A stretch of DNA of 34,210 nucleotides. It comes from a virus. Lineage: Duplodnaviria; Caudoviricetes. The notes under the pieces were generated by a model. The model saw nothing but the letters and a program-made list of their open reading frames with translations, searched no databases and was not told the DNA's origin. The first letter of the stretch is position 1, and each line of letters begins with the position of its first letter. Of this stretch, positions 16,984 to 26,325 are shown in pieces. A program made the position numbers and the translations under genes. Where the stretch lies: the IMG/VR virus record IMGVR_UViG_3300005077_000066, positions 1 through 34,210 of that record; one strand, written 5' to 3'.

Positions 16984-17013
16984 ATTATAATTAGTTTTAA
17001 ATTTTTATATCAA
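16984..17013 (-). promoter_or_regulatory. Putative late promoter TTGATA-18-TATAAT for the fibre module
   Basis: Shares CTTGATATAAAAATT with the portal promoter. Confidence 0.65.
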
Positions 17014-17016
17014 GCT

Positions 17017-17613
17017 TTATATAGTCCATCCTATCCGGCCCTGATCTAACGACCCCGTCCATGAAAGCCCCTTGCCTAACGTTGTCGGGTCTGGCTGGCC
17101 AGTCCAGCCTAAAATAAACGGATTCGGCTCGTAATATTTGACGCCATTAACAAGTATCGAGGCCCCGACCGAGTCTTGCAAAATCGGCTCAATGTACGGC
17201 TCGACATCGGCGTCAATCGCGCTCGAAACCGTGACCCGTATTTCGGCCGGGAATAATTCAATAATCCATCCGTCGGCCGCGCCCCTCAATATATTGAAAA
17301 TTTCGTATACCTCGGGCATTGTCCCGTCGCTAAAGTTCTGACCTATTTTGGCCTTTAAAAATTGTCGATATACGGCGTCGGTCTGACCTGATTCCCGGGC
17401 AATGCCAACGACGACCCCTATTAAGTCCAATACTTCGCCCTCGACCGTGTCTATACTTAACACCGATAAAAGATCGTAAATTGCGTCCTCGGCCGCCTGA
17501 AACTCCGTTGTAAATTGCTTTAATAAGTTTTGAAAATTAGTTTTGCCCTTGTATTGTTGCAAAAGCCGGGCAAGGGCCGCCGCTTCGTGATCTGTTATTT
17601 GAGTAATCGCCAT
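17017..17613 (-). CDS. Baseplate wedge protein (DUF2612-like)
   Basis: ARLLQQYK..IDTVEGEVLDLIGVVVGIAR..DAVYRQFLKAKI. Confidence 0.85.
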   Translation of the reverse strand: MAITQITDHEAAALARLLQQYKGKTNFQNLLKQFTTEFQAAEDAIYDLLSVLSIDTVEGEVLDLIGVVVGIARESGQTDAVYRQFLKAKIGQNFSDGTMPEVYEIFNILRGAADGWIIELFPAEIRVTVSSAIDADVEPYIEPILQDSVGASILVNGVKYYEPNPFILGWTGQPDPTTLGKGLSWTGSLDQGRIGWTI

Positions 17614-17623
17614 TTTAATTACC

Positions 17624-18790
17624 TCATGAGATATTGACCGTCATATCGACATCGGCAAAGGTCGCAAGCTCGTCGGCGTCGACCGTAATCGGGGCGTCTG
17701 AAACGGGCGGTGTCGTCGGATGCTCCGAAACTAATACCTCAATATCCCGGATTCCGTCGACCGCGTCCATTATGGCCGGAATGATCTCGGCGGCTGGCAA
17801 AACATCGTCGCCCATATTAAGCCCGGCTTCATAAGCATTAATTGCCGCCTTTACTTGTGCGCTTGTTACGGTATAACCGCTTTCTTGCGTAATGTTTACG
17901 GTAACATACATTCTTAATTCCGTCGGCCTTGAAAAGTAAATAGTATGCGAGTCGCCTTGACTATCGGTAGCCGACCCCGAGCTTGAACCGAATGTTTCAA
18001 TACCGGCTGGCTTTGCGTCCCATATCGCGTCGACGATGTCCTGATCTGCTCCGCCCTTGACTACCATTTCAAACGATTTTGCCGGGCGCCCGGCCCCGTC
18101 GACCGTCGAGCCTGTATTTTCATATCCGGCGACCGCATCGACGTTGCTTATGTCAAGTAAAGCCGTCCTTATGGCCTCAAGCGTTCCTTTTTTGCTTTGT
18201 TGTAATTGTGTATTGCGCCTCGCCCTCAATTCGGCGTCCGTTTCCTCGGCGCTTCCGAGCGTTGCATCGGCGGAATTCGTAACCGACGTCAATCCCGAAA
18301 CGGGCGTTACAATTACCGTCAATGTCCCGGCTGGCGCATTTATCGCCCCGGTCGCTGTCGCCGTACATGTCACGTCGACCGTACCGCCGCCGCCGATTGT
18401 CGCGTTTTCGTCCGTTTCAAAAACGGCGTCCTCATCGCCGCTTACTTGAATTTGAGTCCCGGCCGGAACGACCGTCGTTGAAACCCCGGTCAAAGTGACC
18501 GTCGCCGTCGAATAAGACGCCGCCCGCCTTGCTATCCCGACCAAAGCGCAAGCCTTGTCTAACGAAACGCCCTCGGCCGTTTGCGGGTCGACCGCCTGAT
18601 ATACCGCTTGACCCAATTCCCACAAAAGCGAAATGCGCTCCGAAAGTATACCCACTAATTGACCGAGCGGCGTTTGAGCCTGTAAGTTAATCGAGGCCCC
18701 GAAAGCCGTTTTAAAAGATGTTTCCAGATCGCTTTTAATTGTCGCAAGGTCTTTAATCTCAAAGCCGTTTGAAGTTAAACCGTATGCCAT
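17624..18790 (-). CDS. Baseplate J-like protein
   Basis: MAYGLTSNGF, AEGVSLD, EETDAELRAR, AKPAGI motifs. Confidence 0.92.
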   Translation of the reverse strand: MAYGLTSNGFEIKDLATIKSDLETSFKTAFGASINLQAQTPLGQLVGILSERISLLWELGQAVYQAVDPQTAEGVSLDKACALVGIARRAASYSTATVTLTGVSTTVVPAGTQIQVSGDEDAVFETDENATIGGGGTVDVTCTATATGAINAPAGTLTVIVTPVSGLTSVTNSADATLGSAEETDAELRARRNTQLQQSKKGTLEAIRTALLDISNVDAVAGYENTGSTVDGAGRPAKSFEMVVKGGADQDIVDAIWDAKPAGIETFGSSSGSATDSQGDSHTIYFSRPTELRMYVTVNITQESGYTVTSAQVKAAINAYEAGLNMGDDVLPAAEIIPAIMDAVDGIRDIEVLVSEHPTTPPVSDAPITVDADELATFADVDMTVNIS

Positions 18791-18793
18791 TTT

Positions 18794-19156
18794 TTAACCC
18801 CCAAGATTTACTTTAAATTGTATCAAGTTCGGGTCGTCCTCGACGTATCCCTCAAATTCGACGGACAATTTCCGGGCCGATTCGTCATAGTCCATTCGGA
18901 AAAATGTCAATTCTTTGAAACCGTCGGTGTTGATTATTTCCCGGACAATGACCGCATTAACGACCGTCGGGTTTACCCGCTTTGTCAATATATGCTGATA
19001 ATAGGGCAAACCAATCGTAATGTTTAAAAACCATTCGCCCATAAATGTTTGAAGTCGCTGGCTCACAAGCTGCTCGATTTCCTCTGACCCATCAATCAAA
19101 ACAAGCTCGTTGCCCTCGACCGCCAAATCGCCCGTGCTATCAAGTTTTAAATTCAT
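18794..19156 (-). CDS. Baseplate sheath initiator (gp25-like/DUF2634-like)
   Basis: QRLQTFMGEWFLNITIGLPY motif; before baseplate J. Confidence 0.85.
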   Translation of the reverse strand: MNLKLDSTGDLAVEGNELVLIDGSEEIEQLVSQRLQTFMGEWFLNITIGLPYYQHILTKRVNPTVVNAVIVREIINTDGFKELTFFRMDYDESARKLSVEFEGYVEDDPNLIQFKVNLGG

Positions 19157-19160
19157 AATA

Positions 19161-19844
19161 TTAAACCTTTATTTTTGCCAAAGCTGCTTTTATAGCCGTA
19201 AATGTCGCCTTGTTTGTCAACGACTGTTCGTGACGTGTTGACCACGGTGTCCCCGTAATCGGAGTCGTAACCACGGAAACCGTCGCGGCGTCCCCGGCCT
19301 CGGCCAATTTGTACGCCTCGTCGACAAGGTCGACCCCGTCTTTGCCTATAACCGACATCGTTCCGCCCGGTTTTAAAGTGATTTTGCAGTCATTGTTTTT
19401 AATTATAAGATCGTCGGCATTTGCAAGATCGCTTATTGCATTGTTAAAACCATAAGCCCCGGCCAAAGCAAAAGCGTCGGTAATGTTATGCGCCCGGATG
19501 TCTTGAGGGTCAAGGTCTTGCTCTGAATTAAAAGCCCAATTGTCGAGCGAATAATCCGAAAAAATTAAAAGGACGTTGTCCCCGACTTTTATCGGCAAAT
19601 ATACATAAGAATTATTGACCCTCGGAAATACGACCGGGACGTTTGGGATAACCGGGATGCTTTGGCTTGTCCCGTCCCGGAACCGCCTTTTTATCATCGG
19701 CTTGCAATCCGCTTTTTGTTTTGTGTAGTCGTAACTTGTTACCCGTGCGGGCATTGCGACGTGAACGTCCATCAAAATATTTTTTACTTTTCGCTCGAGT
19801 ATTGCGTGAAGTTTATCCGTATATTTTTTGCTATCATCGCCCAT
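19161..19844 (-). CDS. Baseplate spike (Gp138-like N-terminal OB fold)
   Basis: HVAMPARV, NVPVVFP..LPIKVGD, RAHNITDA. Confidence 0.88.
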   Translation of the reverse strand: MGDDSKKYTDKLHAILERKVKNILMDVHVAMPARVTSYDYTKQKADCKPMIKRRFRDGTSQSIPVIPNVPVVFPRVNNSYVYLPIKVGDNVLLIFSDYSLDNWAFNSEQDLDPQDIRAHNITDAFALAGAYGFNNAISDLANADDLIIKNNDCKITLKPGGTMSVIGKDGVDLVDEAYKLAEAGDAATVSVVTTPITGTPWSTRHEQSLTNKATFTAIKAALAKIKV

Positions 19845-20662
19845 TAAATCGCCTCGACTTGCATTATTGAATAAAAATCGCCCTCTTTTGAATTCCCCTT
19901 GTGACTTAACTTGTTGACCTTATAATAAGATTTGCCCTCGGCGACCAAAATATCCGATTCCAATTCGATAAGCCGCCCGATCTTAAGCTCGGGGTTTAAT
20001 AAGCTTGCGACCTGAATCCCCTTGTCGGTTTTAATAGGCGAGCTTATCATCCCATGACGACGATTGATAACGACCGCCGTGTCGCTTGTCGCTTCGTTTT
20101 GCGGCATAAACTGCAATGAATTATCTTGGATTGACCATTGCATGTCGTATTTTTCCGCAAGTATATTTAAGTTGTCTTTAACATATCCGCTTGCAACGTA
20201 TCCGTTTTTAAACTTAATGTCGTCCGGGATTGATCTTAGCCCCTCGGTTGTATAACCCAACGTTTCGACTAGCTTATTCAAGACATCCCGATATTTCGTA
20301 TCGGCCTTAAAAGATACGTTGACTTTTGTTTCCCTCATTTTTTTGCCGCCGTCCGTGGCCTTGACGGTTGTTACCCAATCGGCCCCTTGCCGGGCATGGG
20401 TCGCCCCTTGCTCGATAACGTCCCCATAAAATATAAGCTTTACGGCGTCCCCATATCCGGCGTAAAGTTCAACAATATTGTTTTCTTGCTCAAAAAGCGC
20501 CCGGCTTTGCGGTGATAAATTCATGATAACGATTGTTGCTGAATTTTCGGCCGCCGATGCGTCTTTGTCGACCTGAAAGTCAATTGTAAAATTTTCATAT
20601 TCTTTGCCGTCTTGCCCCTCGCGCCCTATTTTCAATTTTACTTTTCTATTAAAATAAAGCAT
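19844..20662 (-). CDS. Baseplate hub protein
   Basis: ELYAGY..IFYGD, WSIQDN, GMISSP, SLLNPEL motifs; position. Confidence 0.85.
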   Translation of the reverse strand: MLYFNRKVKLKIGREGQDGKEYENFTIDFQVDKDASAAENSATIVIMNLSPQSRALFEQENNIVELYAGYGDAVKLIFYGDVIEQGATHARQGADWVTTVKATDGGKKMRETKVNVSFKADTKYRDVLNKLVETLGYTTEGLRSIPDDIKFKNGYVASGYVKDNLNILAEKYDMQWSIQDNSLQFMPQNEATSDTAVVINRRHGMISSPIKTDKGIQVASLLNPELKIGRLIELESDILVAEGKSYYKVNKLSHKGNSKEGDFYSIMQVEAI

Positions 20663-20663
20663 T

Positions 20664-20999
20664 TCAAGTTCCGTCGTCGTAAATAAAATTTAAAAAGCCG
20701 TCCGTCCCGAGCGCTGTTTTATCGATTTCGGTATTTTCATTTTTGAAGTTTGCCATTACAAAAACGCCCTCGGGCAATTCGGCCTTGCTTTTGTAATTGA
20801 GTAATATATCCGTTCCGAGCAATAGCGGCAATCCCGATACAACTGCGACGTCGTCGACCGTTCTAAAATCTATAAACCAGCGTGACATCCGATAATTATA
20901 TTTTAACCGCAAAGTATACACCGCCCCGCGCAAGTTAATCGTAAACTTGTAATTTTGGACATTGTTTGAAAGCGGAATTTCTTTGATTATAATTGCCAT
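20664..20999 (-). CDS. Small baseplate (plug-like) protein
   Basis: YTLRLKYNYRMSRWFID..GLPLLLGTDIL; position. Confidence 0.75.
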   Translation of the reverse strand: MAIIIKEIPLSNNVQNYKFTINLRGAVYTLRLKYNYRMSRWFIDFRTVDDVAVVSGLPLLLGTDILLNYKSKAELPEGVFVMANFKNENTEIDKTALGTDGFLNFIYDDGT

Positions 21000-21778
21000 T
21001 ATTCAAGCCCCGTATATCCTAAAAGTTTTAACGATAAATCAGCCGCCTTATACAAGGTAGTAGTCGCCCCTTTTTTAATATCGTCTATTTTCTGGTCGCT
21101 CACGTTTTTGGCCGCCTGTCGGCCCTTGTCGGCCTTATCAGCCGGGGTCGGCGTGTTTGTCGCCGATATTTTTTCGCTTATGGTCGCCGTTTCGCTTTCG
21201 ACTATTTGAACGGCACGCATGTTCGCCGTAAATTCTATTGCGTCGCCGTGTGTTATGTTGCTAGGTATGCTAATTGATTCAATAATCATGTCCTGATAAA
21301 CTCGCAATTTGGTCACAACGTCAATCAGCCTTTTTTCGGCATACATGGTCAAAAGCGTTTCGAGCGAGTCTTTGGCCCGATCTCCGTAAATCGATTCTTG
21401 CAAATATCCGCCTAATTGAGATTGCGCAACGTTCCCGGCGATGCCTAGACCCAAGCCCCGGCCCTCGGTCGCAATGCTCGAGGCTCCGGCAAAATTGCCA
21501 ATTAAGGCGCTTACAATCGTTAGAGGCTCTTTGCTCATTACGCCCCTGACTGTTATACTGGCCGGACGTAAATCGACGTGATCGACGACATTTTCGCCGC
21601 CCTCAATCGGATGCTCGGACGTTCTGGCAACGAAATTGTGATTTGTTTCGATCGTTGCGTCCAAAGTCAAAACGTCCTTTTTTTCCCGAACGTGCGTGTT
21701 CCCGGACTCGATAAAAACCATCGATTGAAACTCTGTCCGGGCCTTTGCTCCGCCAAATAATTCAAATATATCGGCCAT
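20999..21778 (-). CDS. Tail tube initiator / Dit-like baseplate protein
   Basis: LDATIETNH..SEHPIEGG..DHV..P motif; after the tape measure. Confidence 0.8.
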   Translation of the reverse strand: MADIFELFGGAKARTEFQSMVFIESGNTHVREKKDVLTLDATIETNHNFVARTSEHPIEGGENVVDHVDLRPASITVRGVMSKEPLTIVSALIGNFAGASSIATEGRGLGLGIAGNVAQSQLGGYLQESIYGDRAKDSLETLLTMYAEKRLIDVVTKLRVYQDMIIESISIPSNITHGDAIEFTANMRAVQIVESETATISEKISATNTPTPADKADKGRQAAKNVSDQKIDDIKKGATTTLYKAADLSLKLLGYTGLE

Positions 21779-21787
21779 TGTTTCCCC

Positions 21788-23116
21788 TTAAGGCGTGCTT
21801 GCTTTTGTAAATTCAAGCTCGGTTATTATCCCGCGCCCGATCTCACGGCCCGTTTGATAAGCCCCCTCGCCCCCTTTAACATTAACGTTTATTGTCGTAT
21901 TGCGGTCGGCGTGGCCCTTTGGCCTCGCCTCGGGATTTTTGTCGTAATGGGTATATTGGGGACTGTACTCTTTGCCCGTAATTGCCGCGCCCATTGTCTT
22001 TATCGCCTCTTTAAAGTCCCATATAGTACCCGCTATTTGCTCCGGAATTGAACGCAGAGCCGTTTCCCAATTTTCGCCGACCAATGACCCTATTAGCGAC
22101 TTTTTTCCGCTCATAAGGCCGTATAAGTCCTCAATAAGCCCTATTAAGCCTATGATTCCCAATCCGATTGCAAATATCTTTAAATTGGCTATTAACGCGG
22201 AATTTCCTAAAAGCTTAAATCCGGCCGCCGCCTTTAAGGTCATAAAGCCGACTTCGGCCAAAGAGCCGACAAGCATCGCGATTTTAAAAGCCATATAAAA
22301 AGCCAATACCCGGCCGACAAACCTTATCGCGTCCCCAAGTTTATAAAAATATTCGATTGTCCTTTGCTTGACCAATTCTTTGTTTGCTTTTACATATTTT
22401 AAAATGCGGTCAAAATACTTGTTAAAAACGGGGATAAGCTCGGCGCCTAAAACATTTTTTAAACCCGTGACAAAAAGCTTCATTCGGGCAAGCTGGTCGT
22501 TAAATTGTTCGGACGCCTTTTGCAATTTTGTATCAAAAATAAAGCCTAATTGCTCGGCCTCGGCCATTTGCGCGGCGATTGCTTCCCGGCCCTGATTAAG
22601 CATCGGTATCATTTTTGCCCCGGCCCGGCCGAATAAGTCTTGAGCAATTGCGGTTTTTTCAATGCCATCGGCCATTTGGGAAAACTTGTCGGCGACCCTT
22701 AAAAGGACTTCCTCGTTCGTTACAAGCCCATTTTTAAGCTGATCTTGAGAAATGCCGACCTTGACATAAGCTTTTAAATATGTTTCGAGGCCGTCCCCGG
22801 CGTCGACCATTGTATTAGCTAAAATTCGCATGCCGTTTACAAGTTCCTCTTGCGATACACCGCCCAAAGTTGCGACATGCGCCATTTTCTGCAAAAGCTC
22901 TGCGTTTACACCGATTGCTTGAGATGTTTTTCGGAAATAGTCCCCGGACGCGGCCGTTGATTTTGCAAGCCCAAACATTGCGGCCCCGGCTGCGACCCCG
23001 GCCGCACCAATCAAAGCAAAAGATTTCGTCAAGCTTTTGACCTGACTGTCAAGCTTGTTTAAAGCCTTATCGTCGACCTTAAATCCCCAAGTCGTCAATA
23101 ATTCTCTTACAATCAT
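21788..23116 (-). CDS. Tape measure protein (short, 442 aa)
   Basis: Ala/Gly-rich helical sequence, AQDLFGRAG..PMLNQG, hydrophobic segments; follows the chaperones. Confidence 0.9.
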   Translation of the reverse strand: MIVRELLTTWGFKVDDKALNKLDSQVKSLTKSFALIGAAGVAAGAAMFGLAKSTAASGDYFRKTSQAIGVNAELLQKMAHVATLGGVSQEELVNGMRILANTMVDAGDGLETYLKAYVKVGISQDQLKNGLVTNEEVLLRVADKFSQMADGIEKTAIAQDLFGRAGAKMIPMLNQGREAIAAQMAEAEQLGFIFDTKLQKASEQFNDQLARMKLFVTGLKNVLGAELIPVFNKYFDRILKYVKANKELVKQRTIEYFYKLGDAIRFVGRVLAFYMAFKIAMLVGSLAEVGFMTLKAAAGFKLLGNSALIANLKIFAIGLGIIGLIGLIEDLYGLMSGKKSLIGSLVGENWETALRSIPEQIAGTIWDFKEAIKTMGAAITGKEYSPQYTHYDKNPEARPKGHADRNTTINVNVKGGEGAYQTGREIGRGIITELEFTKASTP

Positions 23117-23122
23117 ATTTTA

Positions 23123-23365
23123 TTACCTTTTCCGGGATTGTTTCGAGGCGCTTTCATAGGCGGCGCGTTCCGCTTCCGCCTTTATGTCCAATGCCTCGTT
23201 TGCGTCGGCAAGGTCGTCAATTGAGTAATGGCGCTCGATTTCCTCAAGCGTTGCGACGCCCTCTATTATCGGGCGCCAGATAAACCAGTTGATATTTATT
23301 TTTCCGAGCTTGTACCCGCCGCCGCTTGAGCGCCGGAAATTGCGGCGATTTCTCCGAAAAAATTT
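23123..23365 (-). CDS. Tail assembly chaperone -1 frameshift extension (gpT-like)
   Basis: The -1 frame is open from the slippery site to TAA 23123: ...NWFIWRPIIEGVATLEEIERHYSIDDLADANEALDIKAEAERAAYESASKQSRKR. Confidence 0.8.
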   Translation of the reverse strand, partial: KFFRRNRRNFRRSSGGGYKLGKININWFIWRPIIEGVATLEEIERHYSIDDLADANEALDIKAEAERAAYESASKQSRKR

Positions 23366-23739
23366 CCGTATTGTACCTCGAGGGCCGCACGCAATATCTT
23401 AAATATAAGTGCATACTTGCCTTGAAAATGTACGTCGTAAATGTCTGTTAACGACTGGCCTTTATAATGGACTTGATTGAAAAAAGTCTGGATAAGGCTG
23501 TATGTTTCGTCGACGTCCATATTGTCGGCGAGGGATTTGACCGCCTTGCCAATCGCGGCGCCCGCATCGGCGGTCAATGCGCCTTTTACGCCGCCCTTTA
23601 AAACGTCGCCGCCCAAAAGTCCGAGCGGCTCGCCCAAAAGCTTTGACAGTCTAATTAAAACCTTAGTCCCGAGAGTCGCCGGGAATTGATAAAAAATATA
23701 TTCGTTCCCGTCGATTGATTTCTTGATTTCTTTTTGCAT
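23296..23739 (-). CDS. Tail assembly chaperone (gpG-like)
   Basis: Between tube and TMP; ends ..VQYGNFF at the slippery site. Confidence 0.85.
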   Translation of the reverse strand: MQKEIKKSIDGNEYIFYQFPATLGTKVLIRLSKLLGEPLGLLGGDVLKGGVKGALTADAGAAIGKAVKSLADNMDVDETYSLIQTFFNQVHYKGQSLTDIYDVHFQGKYALIFKILRAALEVQYGNFFGEIAAISGAQAAAGTSSEK

Positions 23740-24152
23740 TAGCTAACCCCGCCGATGTTCGCCTCTAGTCTGTCGGTTTCAAGCACCCATTCACGTTCGC
23801 CGACTTCCTCGCCAAAACTCAAATCGGGTCTTGACTTAACCCACGCGGTTTCGGCGATCCCAATTGTTGTCCCGTTGTTGTCTTTTATCGCAAGCGTAAA
23901 AGTCTGGCGTGTCCGGGCATAAGCCGAAAGCGTTTCGTTAAAAGTCGACGACTGCAAAAGTCGAATTCTTATCTCGGCCGAATCGTCATTCATTTTTGAC
24001 CGCGCGGCCTCGCCGTCGGCCCCGGTGATTAAGCTCGCAAGCTCCCGGTTAAAAGCAACGCTCACCGCGTCCCCGCCGGACGCGTAACCATGAGCCAACG
24101 CGCCGCCGATAACGACGGCCAATTCTTTAATATCAAAATCTTTGGCTGACAT
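23739..24152 (-). CDS. Tail tube protein (DUF3277-like)
   Basis: GADGE..IRLLQSSTFN..IKDNNG..EREW. Confidence 0.88.
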   Translation of the reverse strand: MSAKDFDIKELAVVIGGALAHGYASGGDAVSVAFNRELASLITGADGEAARSKMNDDSAEIRIRLLQSSTFNETLSAYARTRQTFTLAIKDNNGTTIGIAETAWVKSRPDLSFGEEVGEREWVLETDRLEANIGGVS

Positions 24153-24170
24153 TTTTAACCCCCTGTTTTA

Positions 24171-25505
24171 TTAAACTTGGACTAAGCCTTGAATTACGAC
24201 CTCATGAATTGCGCCTTTCATTGTTGCGGTAAATTCGACATCCGGCAATATTCTTGTTGCCTTTTCGGTCGTTGATATGTCGTCGATGTTCGGGACGGTA
24301 ACGTCAAAGCCGCCGTCCGGCTTAACGATAATATCGTTCCTGTATGCATCCTCGAGCGTTTGCCTGATTATCCCCTCAATCACTGCAATTCCGTTTGCCG
24401 TATAGGGGATTTTATCGACCGACGATAATACCTCGAAAATGTTTTCCTCAAGGCGGGCCTGAATGTAATCAATGCCCCGGGTAATGTCGATATATTCGCC
24501 CTTTGCGACTGTCCCCTCAAGCGTGACGTCTTTGCCGCCAAGCTCGATAAATACGTTCGCATATTTGCCAAGTGCATAAGCAAGTTCGGAGTCGGTATAA
24601 GTGTCGGACGTTATCCCGTTTAAGCTTTTAAAAGCCCAAGTCGACGACCCCGCGTCTTTTGCAAGCATGTGCGCGGCCCAAGCGATGTCGAAATAATGAC
24701 CCGATGTTTCCGAGTATGCAAGCGCTGTTCTGATATAATTTGCGGTTTTAAGATCGCTCGCAACGTCGTCTGTCGCGCTCGTTATGACCGCCGCATCTTC
24801 GCTGCCCGCAATATAGATTTTTCGCCTTGCCTCGATGTCGGCTGCAATCAAAAGAATGTCGGCCTCTGTCCGGGTCGTTGCGACCAAACAATACCAGTCA
24901 TTGTCAAATGCGACTACATTGCTAATTGCTTCGACCCACGTTTCCGTGGCCGACCCGTATTGATTCACCGTAACCGTAACGGCCGTTGTAGTCGTCAAGC
25001 CGCTTGCATCGACCGACATTGTTGCGAAATGTGTATTCGCATCGGCCCCGGTAAATTCTACGACTACGTCCCCGGCGGAAAGCGACCCTGTAACCGTGAC
25101 TTCCGTAACCGTTGCCAGAGCCTCAAGCGCCGCTTTGATTGCTGCGGCATTGCCATCGTAATTAATTGCGGCTGTCGTCAAAGCCCCTAGCGTAATTGTA
25201 TAAGTCCCGGCTGTCGGATTTGCGTCCGGGGATAAAGTCTGCTTTGCGTTTACGTTTGCATACTTGCGGCCGACCTTTAAAGTCCGGGGCCTCGGGGACT
25301 GGCTGAAAAATTTTGCGGCCATTAAATAAATTGTGTCCGTCGACGCAAAATCATCGGCGACCGCCGCAATACTGTTATAAGATTTTGTCCGCTCGTAAAA
25401 TTCGCTGACCTCGCCTAGCAAAAGACAAGTCCCGAACCCCGTCCGTTTGACCCCTTGAGTAAGCCGGGTAATTGTGACCTGTATATAATCAGATATGTTC
25501 GGCAT
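24171..25505 (-). CDS. Contractile tail sheath (DUF3383-like) with inserted domain
   Basis: FFSQSPRP, GSSTWAFKSLNG, YIDITRGID, KIPYT, GAIHEV. Confidence 0.92.
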   Translation of the reverse strand: MPNISDYIQVTITRLTQGVKRTGFGTCLLLGEVSEFYERTKSYNSIAAVADDFASTDTIYLMAAKFFSQSPRPRTLKVGRKYANVNAKQTLSPDANPTAGTYTITLGALTTAAINYDGNAAAIKAALEALATVTEVTVTGSLSAGDVVVEFTGADANTHFATMSVDASGLTTTTAVTVTVNQYGSATETWVEAISNVVAFDNDWYCLVATTRTEADILLIAADIEARRKIYIAGSEDAAVITSATDDVASDLKTANYIRTALAYSETSGHYFDIAWAAHMLAKDAGSSTWAFKSLNGITSDTYTDSELAYALGKYANVFIELGGKDVTLEGTVAKGEYIDITRGIDYIQARLEENIFEVLSSVDKIPYTANGIAVIEGIIRQTLEDAYRNDIIVKPDGGFDVTVPNIDDISTTEKATRILPDVEFTATMKGAIHEVVIQGLVQV

Positions 25506-25547
25506 TTTATCAATCCCCCTTTAAATGGTTTAAATCTTTTTGCCTAA

Positions 25548-25577
25548 ATAATAGCATTGTAAAAATTTTAAAATCAA
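25548..25577 (-). promoter_or_regulatory. Putative late promoter TTGATT-18-TATTAT for the tail operon
   Basis: Shares CAATGCTATTAT with the portal promoter. Confidence 0.65.
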
Positions 25578-25583
25578 TGTTTT

Positions 25584-26120
25584 TTAGTCCTCAATGTCGT
25601 AAGTATCCGCTAAAGAGTCCAAAGTCCCGACGTAATCGACCTCGTCAATGCGATAAAGCGTTTCTGACCATGATTCCCGAGTCGCGCAAATAAGGTCAAA
25701 AGAGGCCCTTTTTTCAAACCCTGTTTCAAGAAAAGTCGTTGTATCCTGTAACGGCTCGACCCTTATTACCGAAAAGCCCGCCGTTCTGAAAGCCGCCCGG
25801 ACGGTATCCTTGCCGATAGACCGTTGCAGCGTGACCATTTTTTCAAGGGCCGAGTCCCCATAATAAGTCAAGTAAATAGAAAATTGCCGCGTGTTCTTAT
25901 AAGTCGCCCCGCAATTATCGCCCGAGGCCCTATAAGTCGCATCGTCGACTGATTGCAACGCGACCGGGGCCGCGACCCTATAAGTAACAAAAGGCAAGCT
26001 TGGTTTCGGGGCCTGATAGTCTTGCATTTCGGCAATGCATGTTACCAAGTCCCCGGAAAGCTCATTTTCGACCCAATCTTTGACGGCCTTTTCAAAAATT
26101 CTATTGTACTTGTGCGGCAT
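25584..26120 (-). CDS. Neck / tail terminator protein
   Basis: APKPSLPFVT..FEKRASFD motifs; before the sheath. Confidence 0.75.
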   Translation of the reverse strand: MPHKYNRIFEKAVKDWVENELSGDLVTCIAEMQDYQAPKPSLPFVTYRVAAPVALQSVDDATYRASGDNCGATYKNTRQFSIYLTYYGDSALEKMVTLQRSIGKDTVRAAFRTAGFSVIRVEPLQDTTTFLETGFEKRASFDLICATRESWSETLYRIDEVDYVGTLDSLADTYDIED

Positions 26121-26325
26121 TTTTGTTTAATTCCGTAAAGTTATACCCGATATTTTTATAATCGGTAGCTATTATTAAAAGGTCTTTGGTTTCCCTGACC
26201 TCAAAGTCAAATTTGCATAACCCGGCCAAAACGCAAGAGCAAAAAAAATTTAAGACGTCAAACTCCGGGTCGTATTTAATCTCAATAGGATACGCCGTCG
26301 GCCTTTGCAAAATATTTATTTTCAT
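26101..26325 (-). CDS. Hypothetical protein inserted in the neck module
   Basis: ATGA overlap at 26322-26325; 74 aa. Confidence 0.55.
   Translation of the reverse strand: MKINILQRPTAYPIEIKYDPEFDVLNFFCSCVLAGLCKFDFEVRETKDLLIIATDYKNIGYNFTELNKNAAQVQ

Noticed and set aside
17017-25505. Sheath/tube/baseplate cluster as a tailocin or eCIS
   Set aside because: Capsid, portal, terminase and replication genes are present, so this is a full phage.
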